A stretch of DNA of 64,000 nucleotides from Octopus vulgaris (taxonomy: Eukaryota), in NCBI GenBank assembly GCA_951406725.2, contig OX597814.1, forward strand, positions 215,884,001-215,948,000, given 5' to 3'. Shown here piece by piece: positions 54,090 to 64,000 of this stretch (position 1 is the first letter of the stretch; every line of letters starts with the position of its first letter). The notes under the pieces were generated by a model. It searched no databases and was not told the DNA's origin. It saw nothing but the letters and a program-made list of their open reading frames with translations. The translations under genes and the position numbers were made by a program.

Positions 54090-54585
54090 ACTGACCCCAA
54101 GACATTGTCAATTACCCCATCGAGTTTCTCAACTCATTGGAGCCAGTGGGGCTTCTACCTCACATTCTTTGGCTAAAGGTTGGATGCCAATTATACTAAT
54201 CAGCAACTTGCTTCTGCCTAAACAGTGGAATGGGACCCACTTGGTTGTCAAGTTCCTGACACCCCACTTGATTGAGGCCACCATTGTTTAGGGGTGTGAG
54301 AAGGGGGAAAATGTTTTCATTTCAAGGATGCCCCTTTATCCCTCGGGATCAGACATGCCGTTTAACTTATGCAGCTCGCAGTTCCCAGTGAGGCCATGCT
54401 TTACAATGTCCATCAACAAATCCCAAGGCCAAACACTATTGGTGGTGGGAATCCATTTGTGGGAGTCGTGCTTTTCACATGGGCAGCTTTATGTGGCCTG
54501 CTACTGTGTGGGAAGTAGAAACACTCTTTTTGTGTATGCTCCACAAGGCAGAACATGCAATGTTGTCTATAGCAAAGTTTTATAG
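54090..54585 (+). pseudogene. Helitron PIF1-type helicase C-terminal fragment
   Basis: EFLNSLEP, NGTHLVV, QFPVRPCFTMSINKSQGQTL and FSHGQLYVA motifs; frameshift and stop present. Confidence 0.88.
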
Positions 54586-54829
54586 GCAAGTCATCATTGC
54601 AGCCAATGTGGTTATATACAGGTGATCTGGAAGCATTGGCCAGACATATTATCAAACCATGGCAACAGGACTAATGGACTCTTTCTTTTCTTTCTTCTAC
54701 AATGCTGATTTCTCCAACAACAATGCTCACTCAGCCGATATCAGTGCTTGGCCAAGTTGCTCATAGATTTAGGCTAGAAGGGCCAGCTCCCTTATTCTTT
54801 TGTTAAGGCTGTTGGTAAGTTTTCCTAAG

Positions 54830-54957
54830 TTACTCCAATCCAGATCTCCAATGCAAACCCTCGAATCAGCCTTCTCCAAAGCAGATCTCTAATGCAACCT
54901 TATCCAATGCAGATCTCCAAGGCAACCTTCTCCAATGTATATCTTTGATGCAGCCTT
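54830..54957. repeat. Minisatellite, about 28-bp unit, 4 copies
   Basis: Variants of ccttctccaatgcagatctccaatgcaa. Confidence 0.75.
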
Positions 54958-55726
54958 GACCAAGAGTACCGCTAGGAGGGGTAAGGACTAGATCAGGATT
55001 AGTTGCTGCCTTTTAGAGGCTCCTGAGCCCCTTTCAGTAGGTTAGCTAAGGCTTAGGTTAAGGCTTAGACACAGAGAATAGGGAGCCATTTTGGCCATTC
55101 TATTTTCCTTGACGGAAGGGCTCCCAACCCATGGGCCAAGTGGGGTTAGATGATGGGGGGGTCCGAAGGGGGCCAGCATGAGCAACCTGATCACCTCTGC
55201 TGGTCAAACTCCCAACCCATATGTTCCCGCCGCGACACTGATTCTGCATAAGTGGGTTGGGTGTGAAAACCAACTTAAAAGTATAAATATAGATTTTTTG
55301 AATCAGCAATGTTGTGTTCGGTTAAGTTCTATATGGGGTGAAAAATCAATAAACTGATTCCTTATGGGGTTTTCCATTCAATTAGGATAAAAAATTGATA
55401 AACTGATTCCTTATAAGATTTCCCACTAAAATTGGCTACACCCATTTTTCAACCATAACTTTAACCAATTTTGATGTATTTTGTTTAAACTTGATGCCAG
55501 TATTACTTAGGACTCATGGGATCTTTGAATGCCTTAAGTTCTCCAAAAATAAAAAACAATCGTAAAGTATACTAGCCATCTCAATATGGCTAACCACTAG
55601 GGGTGGGTGTTACTGTAGCTTTTTAGCCCCAGGAGATCATCGTCTCCAGCTGGCTTTAGACACAATTTCTGTGCTCTTATGATATTTGCAAAGGGAGGTC
55701 ATCTCCTCTCGTAAACCTAAGTGATA

Positions 55727-55771
55727 CGCATGGACTGCAGTTTCGAGATTATTGTCTCTTGTCAACACATG
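55727..55771 (-). ncRNA. Minimal type I hammerhead ribozyme, U3-A8 core
   Basis: catgtg TTGACAA gaga-caataa-tctc GAAA ctgcag TC catgcg. Confidence 0.72.
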
Positions 55772-55877
55772 GTATTGCTTTCAGACCGTTTTTCGAAATC
55801 AATAACAGTGGTTACTGGGAAAAACATTAAATAGATATTTGCAAACAGGTCTCTTCTTATCGAAAACCGGTGATTAC

Positions 55878-55922
55878 TGTGTGTTGACAAGAGACAATAA
55901 TCTCGAAACTGAAATCCATGCG
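55878..55922 (+). ncRNA. Hammerhead copy with damaged stem III
   Basis: Same core and stem II, but ctgaaa replaces ctgcag. Confidence 0.6.
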
Positions 55923-56234
55923 TATCACTTAGGTTTACGAGAGGAGATGACCTCCCTTTGCAAATATCATAATGGCACAGAAATTGTGTCTAAAGCCAAC
56001 TGGAGCCGATGATCTCCTGGGGCTAAAAAGCTACAGTAACACCCATCCCTAGTGGTTAGCCATATTGAGATGGCTAGTATACTTTACGTTGTCGAGCGCT
56101 TACTGTTTACATCTCGTTCAGAGATTTATTATTGCTTTCAGACCGTTTTTCGAAATCAGTGACAGTGGTTACTGGGAAAAACATTAAATAGATATTCGCG
56201 AACAGGTCTCTCTTCATCGAAAACCAGTGATTAC

Positions 56235-56279
56235 CGTGTGTTGACAAGAGACAATAATCTCGAAACTGCAGTCCATGTG
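56235..56279 (+). ncRNA. Minimal type I hammerhead ribozyme, U3-A8 core
   Basis: cgtgtg TTGACAA gaga-caataa-tctc GAAA ctgcag TC catgtg; predicted GUC cleavage after 56273. Confidence 0.75.
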
Positions 56280-56631
56280 TATCACTTAGGTTTTCGAGAG
56301 GGGATGACCTCCCTTTGCAAATATCATAAGGGCACAGAAATTGTGTCTAAAGCCAGCTGGAGATGATGATCTCCTGGGGCTATAAAGCTACAGTGACACC
56401 CATCTCTAGTGGTTAGCCATATTGAAAAAACAATTGATAAATAGAAAAATCAATAAACTGATTCCTTATGGGATTTCCCAATCAAATTGTCTGCAACCCA
56501 TTTTCAGCCAAACATTTACCAATTTCAATGAATTTTGCTCAAATATGACATCAGGATTACCTAGTTTTGTTTGATTAGCTTAATAATCCTAACTTAATCC
56601 TGGGCACTGCCAGGCTATACTACTAGTATGT

Positions 56632-57432
56632 ATCAGGTCATCCCATCAATTCTGTCCAATTTTGCCTTTTTAAAATTGAATGAAATTTAATAGTATTTTA
56701 GAATGTCTAATGGAATTAAAAAATTATTTTTATGCATTTGTGTACATTTAAACTAATTAGATATTTTTTTTACACATTAATAGAATTAAAATTTCTTTGA
56801 TTAAAACCCCAGCATGGAAGTACACAAAGAGTATTTGATGCACATAATGTTTTATGAGTACAAAAAAGGAAACTCTGCAGCTGAAGCGACTGAAAACATA
56901 GTCAGTCTATGGGAAAGAATGCTTGAATGAAAGAACTTGCAGAGGATGGCTTGCAAAATTCAGTGGAGATTTCAGCCTTGAAGATGAAGATCAAATAGGA
57001 CATCCAGTTGAGTTTGATGATAAGCTCCTTGAAGCATTACTTGAAGAAAATCCTGCATTATCAGCTGAAGAATTGGCAATAAAGCTTAGTTCAAATTTAG
57101 CTCATCGTCATCTTTAACAACTTGGAAAGGTTCCTAAATTTGGAAAATGAATTGTCTGAAAGCAGCCGCAAATCCCGAGTTGACATCTGCTCTTCTCTCC
57201 ATTCTCATGAACTCATGCCACCCTTTTTGGATAGACTTTGACTGGTGACGAAAATGGATCTTCTATCGAAATGTTAAACGTCGTAAACAGTGGCTTGGTA
57301 AAAGGGAAAAAGCTCAACCACAACCGAGAAGGCAACTTCATGGGAAAAAGTTTCTTCTCTCTATCTGGTGGGATTGCAAAGGAGTAATTCACTTTGAATT
57401 GTTACCACCTAATGCAACAAACAATGGTCAAA
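56632..57432 (+). mobile_element. Degenerate mariner, 3'-truncated at a TA repeat
   Basis: Transposase from 56814 (MEVHKEYLMHIMFYEYKKG); TGDE.WIFY, KRRKQW and SIWWDCKGVIHFELLP. Confidence 0.85.
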
Positions 57433-57439
57433 TTATATA

Positions 57440-57530
<91 letters not shown>

Positions 57531-57719
57531 CGTTAAACGATGATGGATATATATATATATTTATATATATATATGTACATAGGTACATACATACATATAC
57601 CAGAGTAAGCACATAAATGTGAAACAAGGTCAAAAAAAGAGTACTCAAATACCAGAAGTAGAGTAATGTGCTTTATTTAAAAGCAGCAGAAATATCACAA
57701 AAAGTGTTACTCAGAGGCA

Positions 57720-58980
57720 GACAAAGTGAAAAGAGCCATCAATTCCTATATTGATGACATCCTGGTGGGCGAGAGCATAGTGCCGGCAAAGGAGGTCATG
57801 AGCCACCTGAAGAGTTTGGGGTTAACTGCCAAACCACTAGAGGCAATGGAAGGAGGAGCTGCTCTGGGACTCAAGCTATGGTATTTCAAAGAGGGAATGA
57901 GATCCCAGAACTAGGCTCCAAGATGAGTAGGTGAGAACTTTTTTCTTTGTGCGGGAAGCTGCTGGGACACTACCTGATTGCAGGATTGCTCTGGATGGCA
58001 TGCCGCTTCATCAAGAGGCGAGCTGAAGGAGTGAGATGGAGTGATAACATAGGCGAGAAGACAACCGCCTTGATGCAAGAAGTCTTGGAGAGGGTGATTG
58101 CAGAGGACACAGTAAGAGGGAACTGGTATGTGCCCAAATTAAAGGGGATCATGTGCTGCGATGCCAGCAGCATAGCAATGGGAGTTGTCCTAGAAATTGG
58201 AGGTGTCATGGTGGAGGATGCGGCCTGGTTTAGGAAGAAGGACAACTGCAACCACATCAGCGAGGTGGATCTGGATGCTGTGTTAAAGAGGCTAAACCTG
58301 GCCCTGAGGTGGTGGGGTGTACCATCGAAATCTGGACCAATTCAGCCACTGTACTTAGATGAGTGGGATCAGTGTTCACCGGCGAGCAGAAGGTGCAAAC
58401 CAAAGGGGCACAGAGATGCTGATAAAATGCCATTTGGGAGTTCTGGGCGAGGTGGCTGCCAAGTTTGACCTGAGGCTGAGTGTGGTTTTTGTGCCCTCTG
58501 AGAGGAATAGAGCAGACGTCCTGACCAGAGTAAAGAAAGTCTGGTTGCAGGTGCCAGAGGATCTGGAGCAAGGAGTGGCTGTGGTGTGTTGACTGAGTGA
58601 CCCAAAGCTGAGGAGACTGCATGCATCACATGGGGGTGGACAGGACCCTGTTCCTAGCCAGGAAAGTTGACTCTAACGTGACCAGGCAGAGTGTGCAAAG
58701 AGTAGTTGGGAGCTGCGACAAGTGCCAGTCCATTGACCCCATTCTGGGTGTGCATGAGGCAGGAAGCATTTCAGTGGAACACAACTGGAAACGACTGGCA
58801 GTGGACGTGATGCACTACCGGCAAGGGACACACCTCTCAATGGTCGACTGCAGACCACAGCACTTGGCCATATAGAGGGAGATGAAGATGGAGACTGGAG
58901 AAAATCACAAGAATACTGAATGGGATATTCTTAAGATGAGACCCCGTGGATGAGCTGCTTATAGACAATGACACTGGCTC
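57720..58980 (+). mobile_element. Gypsy-type LTR retrotransposon pol fragment (RT-RNase H-integrase), no LTRs seen
   Basis: YIDDILV, CDASSIAMGVVL, NRADVLTR, HHMGVDRT...CDKC and WKRLAVDVMHY in Gypsy order. Confidence 0.85.
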
Positions 58981-58984
58981 TCCA

Positions 58985-59060
58985 GACTTCAGTCAAACCA
59001 TCCAACTCTTGCCAGCATGGAAAACGGACATTAAATGATGATGATGATGATGATGATGAT
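58985..59060 (+). mobile_element. RTE extreme 3' end
   Basis: gccagcatggaaaacggacattaaa followed by (TGA)n. Confidence 0.8.
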
Positions 59061-59191
59061 ATACATAAACATGCACATACATATACATAGCCATACACAC
59101 AGACATACATATATACTTATATACACATTTATATATTTCAAATGAGATAAATGTGTTATACAGTTCTATATTTGTTGTTAGCACAGTTCTA

Positions 59192-59310
59192 TGTTTGTTG
59201 TTAACACAACGTTTCAGCTGATATACCCTCCAGCCTGGCCTGTGTTTTCCTAAGATACATGATGAAGGCTGGCGGGTATATCAGCTGAAATGTTGTGTTA
59301 ACAACAAACA
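59192..59310. repeat. 45-bp inverted repeat made of degenerate hammerhead (pLTR-like) halves
   Basis: Arms 59192-59236 and 59266-59310; right side reads atac ATGATGA aggctgg...tcagct GAAA tg TT gtgt. Confidence 0.7.
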
Positions 59311-59396
59311 AGACGAGGACAAATATCCATCAATTGTAAATAATGTATAAATACGTTAGATCCTCATATGTAGCACATTATTCATTCACTCAGATA

Positions 59397-60212
59397 TCTA
59401 TTACATATATGGGAACTTCTGTCTGTGGATGTGTTTGTGGAATTGTTAGCTAACTGCTCCTTCATGGTTTTATTGATTTTGATGAAACGTGACACGTGAG
59501 TAGAACACATGTCTGGAAACTGCATGGTATACTCGGTTGAAAAAAATCGATAATAGCGCCCCTGGAAGGAATCCTTATATATATCTAATATATTTCATTT
59601 TTACAGTCAAGGGAAATAATCCATTTGCTCAGATTTTAACAGCCAAGGGTAATAACCCCATCATTTTTTCTAAACCATTTCATGTAAATCAAATTGAGTA
59701 TGTGTATTTCTTAGTATTTGAACTGTTAGAGTAATTTTCGCAATTTATCCAGTACAACCCTTAAACAAGTAAATAGTATTTTCCTAAACAATAAATCCAC
59801 TTATTTCGGTTCATGATTTATTTACTTTGAAGTGTTATTATCTCATATCTGATTAGCCTGTTATTATGTAACATGCTTCACAATTTTAGTATACATACCT
59901 CATTAGTATTCTGTATACTCTGGGAATGCAATAAAGCCCTTTTCGGGGCTACTTTATTTGAATTCTTACTATTGGGTAACTAATTTCATGTTATTCCATA
60001 ACTGATTTCACAGTTTGGGTAGTCATAACTTATTGGGAATTCCTAAAAACAAGATCCTGTATAAGACATCTCGGTATTCGCTGTAAATGCACAAAAATTG
60101 TTTTAAGGGCTACGTACTTTGTATTGTTGTTATTGGACTGGCGAAACAGTTATGATAACGGAACCAAGGAATAAGCCCCGCTTTCCTGGGGATTCCCGGG
60201 TACGTCAGCTAA
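59397..60212 (+). mobile_element. Non-autonomous Helitron-like element
   Basis: 5' a/TCTATT, 3' gggattcccggg...CTAA/t; same layout as 21541-21694. Confidence 0.55.
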
Positions 60213-60696
60213 TATATACATATCGATACATATAAACAAAATGGAAAACGAAGCCAACTCTATATAGCCATAAGAAAATGAAGTCTACAGACACTTTAAA
60301 TCAAAGGAATATCAATATAAATGCCCCAAATGCAAACATCAAGCCCAAATACCAATTATACATGATAAATACGCTATATCTACTTGTATGTACACATTAT
60401 GGGCAGCTATGTGGGTGCATTACTATGTATACCCATTTGTATATGTGTGTGTGTATATGAGAGGTAATGGTGTCAAGAAAACCTAAAGGTGTCAGGTAAG
60501 TGCTATAGGTAGCTGTGTATGAGTACGTATATTTATATATATAAGGCCGTGTGTATGTATGTATGTATATATGTATGATGATATGAATGAGGGGTCCAAT
60601 GTAGGTCATATATTAGCATGCATATATATAAAAATTAACAGAATGAGATAAGAAATCCAAGCCTGTGAAAGATTTCAGAACAGTTATAAAGAGAAG

Positions 60697-60744
60697 GTCT
60701 TACAGCTGTTTCCGGGATATTTTGTATATTCCTTCATTAGAGAC
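60697..60744 (-). ncRNA. Minimal type I hammerhead, probably inactivated (G5A)
   Basis: gtct CTAATGA a-ggaatat-acaaa-atatccc-g GAAA cagctg TA agac; downstream of, and on the same strand as, the PLE at 61956-62780. Confidence 0.65.
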
Positions 60745-61029
60745 GGTGCGAGAAAATAGTTAAGCAATAGTTATTATAGAGAAGATATGAAATACAGATT
60801 GAAGTTGAGGGATGAAAACAGACGTGAGATACATAAGGATATTGTATCTACAGTTCCAGTATTCAAGCAGAATGGTGTATATATATACAGGCTTCCTGTA
60901 CCTTGTGTGTGGGTTCCAATGTTGCTTATGTGTGTGTGTATATGTATATATGTGTGTATATGTATGTATGGTCTATGTATATATATATATATATGCAAGT
61001 CTAAGGGTAAGTATATGTGTATGTATATG

Positions 61030-61072
<43 letters not shown>

Positions 61073-61955
61073 ACACACACATATATATATATATATATAT
61101 ATCTATAAAATAATATGTTGCAATTACTCAATAGTCAAAATAAAACTCTGGGTTTCAGATGCTGAAGTGGAAATCCACAACACCATCTCTTCGGTTATCT
61201 GGCCATCTGAAAAACGCTATGAAAAAATACCGTTATATAAAGGGAAAATTACTGTGTTATAATTCTGCCCCTTAGATTAAAAGTTCATAGTAAACACGTA
61301 AACATGGCTACTCATATGCTCACATGTGCGCTTGCGGACCCACGTGCGTCTTATACATCACTATGAAAACGTACACATCTTCACTCACATTTTTCGCCAA
61401 ATGTATACGCATATATATACAAACTCATATACACACCCGCGTACCATAAAAGTTCATACATACGTCTATATATGCACAAGAAAAAACATGGTTAAAGGTA
61501 ACAGAAAAAACATAAGGAAGTATACAAAGCATAAAAACCACATTCATATACGGACATGCCCTTATGCACTCATACACACACACGCCCATATATGTACATA
61601 CCCGCACATGTTTATATACACATACACACACACGCACACACAAAAAATGAATATACATATGCCCCAAAAAAACCTAAAAAAATTGTAAAAATACTAAATA
61701 AAAACGTCAATATATATATATATATATATTTATTCTTATGCTCGCACACACGCACACATCTAAAACTGCCCACTCATACATATTCACACATGTGTACAAA
61801 TGAATCTATATACACGTCTATATAGGCACAGGAAAAAATGCAGGATGGAAGAGTACAGAAAAAAATTATTATGTGTGAAAATATAAAAATATATGAAATA
61901 ATAAAAGGTATAATGAGATAAAAAACTTATTTGGACATAATATAGAAAGCAAGTT

Positions 61956-62780
61956 CTATCTGTTTTCTTTAGGGGACCAAAAACGTAACAAAAATTTTGT
62001 CACATTTGGGCATGATCCAAAAAGTTCTGTCCTTGAGTTTAGACATGTAGTAGGGTCTAAGCTGCTTTTCCAGATAAGCCATCTCTCCATGTCACATAGA
62101 CCGCACTTTCTGCTGCCGTTGGTGTAGGGCTTACATTTGGCCAAAATTTTCCAATGGATGTTATAACTGACACCTTTATCTTTTAAAAACCAAATATGAT
62201 TAGATAATTTTGTCGCTTTTCTTTTGTTCCAGTGCCTAAAATTCAAGGTGTGGTTATTGAACCTGGCCTTGAAATTACCCTCTGTAAGGCCCACGTATTT
62301 CTTTGTCGAAACGGTGTCTTTATTGGTTATAGAGTCCACGGTAGCTTCATAGATGATGGTCTCGGACATGCAAGCTCCATTTAGCGGGCACAATTTTTTA
62401 TTCCTGCATGAGCAGCTGTTTTATTGTGGTTTTTGTGTGTTATGTGTGATTATATTTTTAAAATTGGTAGTTGAACTAAAACTAATTTTTAAATTGTGTT
62501 TATTGAAGAGTTTCCTATAAGTATGGTTAACTGGAAAATGTCTATCTATCAGTGTTAAGAAATATTTACCTATATTGAAGGTTACCTCGGATGAGTAAGG
62601 GGGTGTAAACCAGATGATTTTCCTATTTCTATTTTTCCTCTTCTTTACTGTTGGGCTAGTAACAGGTGTATATTTTATTTTTTCGCTAAAACCACTATCT
62701 TTTAAAGCCTTATTATAAACTGGGGCAACGCTATTAAAAATGTCCTTATCTTGACTATTGAGTAATTGTAACATATTATT
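61956..62780 (-). mobile_element. 5'-truncated Penelope-like element (thumb, Cys linker, GIY-YIG)
   Basis: IIWFTPPYS, CSCRNKKLCPLNGAC, IIYEATV...KYVGLTEGNFKARFNNH, CGLC, LNSRTEL. Confidence 0.88.
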
Positions 62781-63660
62781 TTATAGATAAATTTCCTCTA
62801 TTTATATAATATTGAGGTCTCTTTCTTTCTTTTGTTATCTTACTGTTTTTACCAATATATATATATATATATATATACATACCCATAGAAATGCATATAC
62901 ATATATATATATATATATACATATACATACACACATATACATACATATATAAATATGCATATACATCAACATGCATATATATGTGTGCGTGTGTATACAT
63001 ACACACATATATAATATGTATACACACCCATGCACATATACATATGCACATCCTTATATACATACATACACACGATATTATATATATAAATATTCATACA
63101 CAGCTATACATCCACACAGCTACCTATATTTATCTACATATATATATATATCACCCCATACAGTTATATTTATATATATACACTTGCTTATATATACCTA
63201 GATATATAATATATATCCATTGAGATATATATATATATATATATATGCATGTATACCTCTTCCCATATATAATCAAACAAAGAAGTAAATATCTATAGCC
63301 ACACACACACACACACACACAAAAGCTATATGTATAGGGACCTAAATGTATCATCATTAAGCTCTTATTTGTATACTCACATCTTTAGAAATATTAATTA
63401 AATTTTATTTATAATTTTAATTATAAGTGTTGTTAATTTACTTTACAATAGTTAAATATATCTATTACGAGGTATTAATAGGACAGTTTATTAATTATGT
63501 AAAAAAAATTATTTTGTTTTGTTTTTCTATTTCTGATTTCTATATGTATATATTATTTACCTATTGGAATAACATCGTTATTGAAATAGGTAATATAAAC
63601 CAGCGAAGTCTTTGGATATTTAATATCCCTTAGGTGTATATAGACCTTGTTTAAACTGTT

Positions 63661-63722
63661 CATCATCATCATCATCATCGTCGTTTAACGTCCGTTCTCC
63701 ATGCTAGCATGGGTTGGACGGT
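63661..63722 (-). mobile_element. RTE extreme 3' end
   Basis: (CAT)n followed by gtttaacgtccgttctccatgctagcatgggttggacgg. Confidence 0.8.
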
Positions 63723-63787
63723 TGTTATATACATATATATGTATGTGTGTATTATATATGCATTATATATATATATATATATATATG

Positions 63788-63858
<71 letters not shown>

Positions 63859-63942
63859 GGTCCCGGGTTGAGTCGGGGTTACCCACAGTAAATAAGGTAC
63901 TCAATACATAGCAGAGTAAATTAATTTATTTTATAGAAGGAG

Positions 63943-63989
63943 CTTCTACAGGACTAGAACTGTTTCATTCAAAAGAAATCATCAGGAAG
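63943..63989 (-). ncRNA. Type I hammerhead-like motif with canonical core, in a probable pLTR cut by the window edge
   Basis: cttc CTGATGA t-ttc-tttt-gaa-t GAAA cag-ttctagtc-ctg TA gaag. Confidence 0.65.
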
Positions 63990-64000
63990 TTAGGTGACAA

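Larger units (their letters stand above)
55561..56424. mobile_element. Non-coding hammerhead-containing retroelement (retrozyme or non-autonomous PLE type) with 10-bp TSD
   Basis: TSD AAAAAACAAT at 55551-55560 and 56425-56434; inverted partial unit 55561-55773, then tandem units starting at 55774 and 56131 (period 357); one hammerhead per unit. Confidence 0.82.
53240..56626 (+). mobile_element. Probable defective Helitron carrying nested insertions
   Basis: 5' a/TCTATCTCTATAAAA; helicase fragment; 3' hairpin cctgggcactgccagg followed by CTAG/t at 56623-56627; similar internal repeats at 55345-55480 and 56450-56540. Linking the two ends is inference. Confidence 0.55.

Noticed and set aside
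54090-54585. Host PIF1 helicase gene
   Set aside because: Intronless disrupted fragment between Helitron-like termini.

Overview
Repeat-saturated, AT-rich animal genomic DNA. The SINE, RTE and (TA)n content suggests a coleoid cephalopod, probably Octopus (inference). One host gene is visible: three minus-strand exons of a PARP14-like macrodomain gene (25728-24202, 18270-18022, 7529-7350) that splice in frame with canonical GT-AG sites. The rest is intronic or intergenic transposon material: RTE LINEs, an R4/Dong-like remnant, three CR1/L2-group LINEs embedded in long (TA)n arrays (one with an intact 999-aa ORF2), several Penelope-like elements (PLEs), two mariners, Helitron-like elements, a Gypsy pol fragment and tRNA-derived SINEs. 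Most notable: (1) an 864-bp element with no recognisable coding sequence, flanked by a 10-bp TSD and built from 357-nt units that each carry a minimal type I hammerhead ribozyme with a U3-A8 core (retrozyme-like); (2) four more hammerhead-like motifs, one with an A3-U8 core; (3) a PHD finger inserted inside the RT domain of the dominant RTE family; (4) (TA)n-associated CR1-group LINEs whose ORF1 combines a Myb/SANT-like domain with CCCH fingers. All calls were read by eye with no database searches; degraded element boundaries are approximate.
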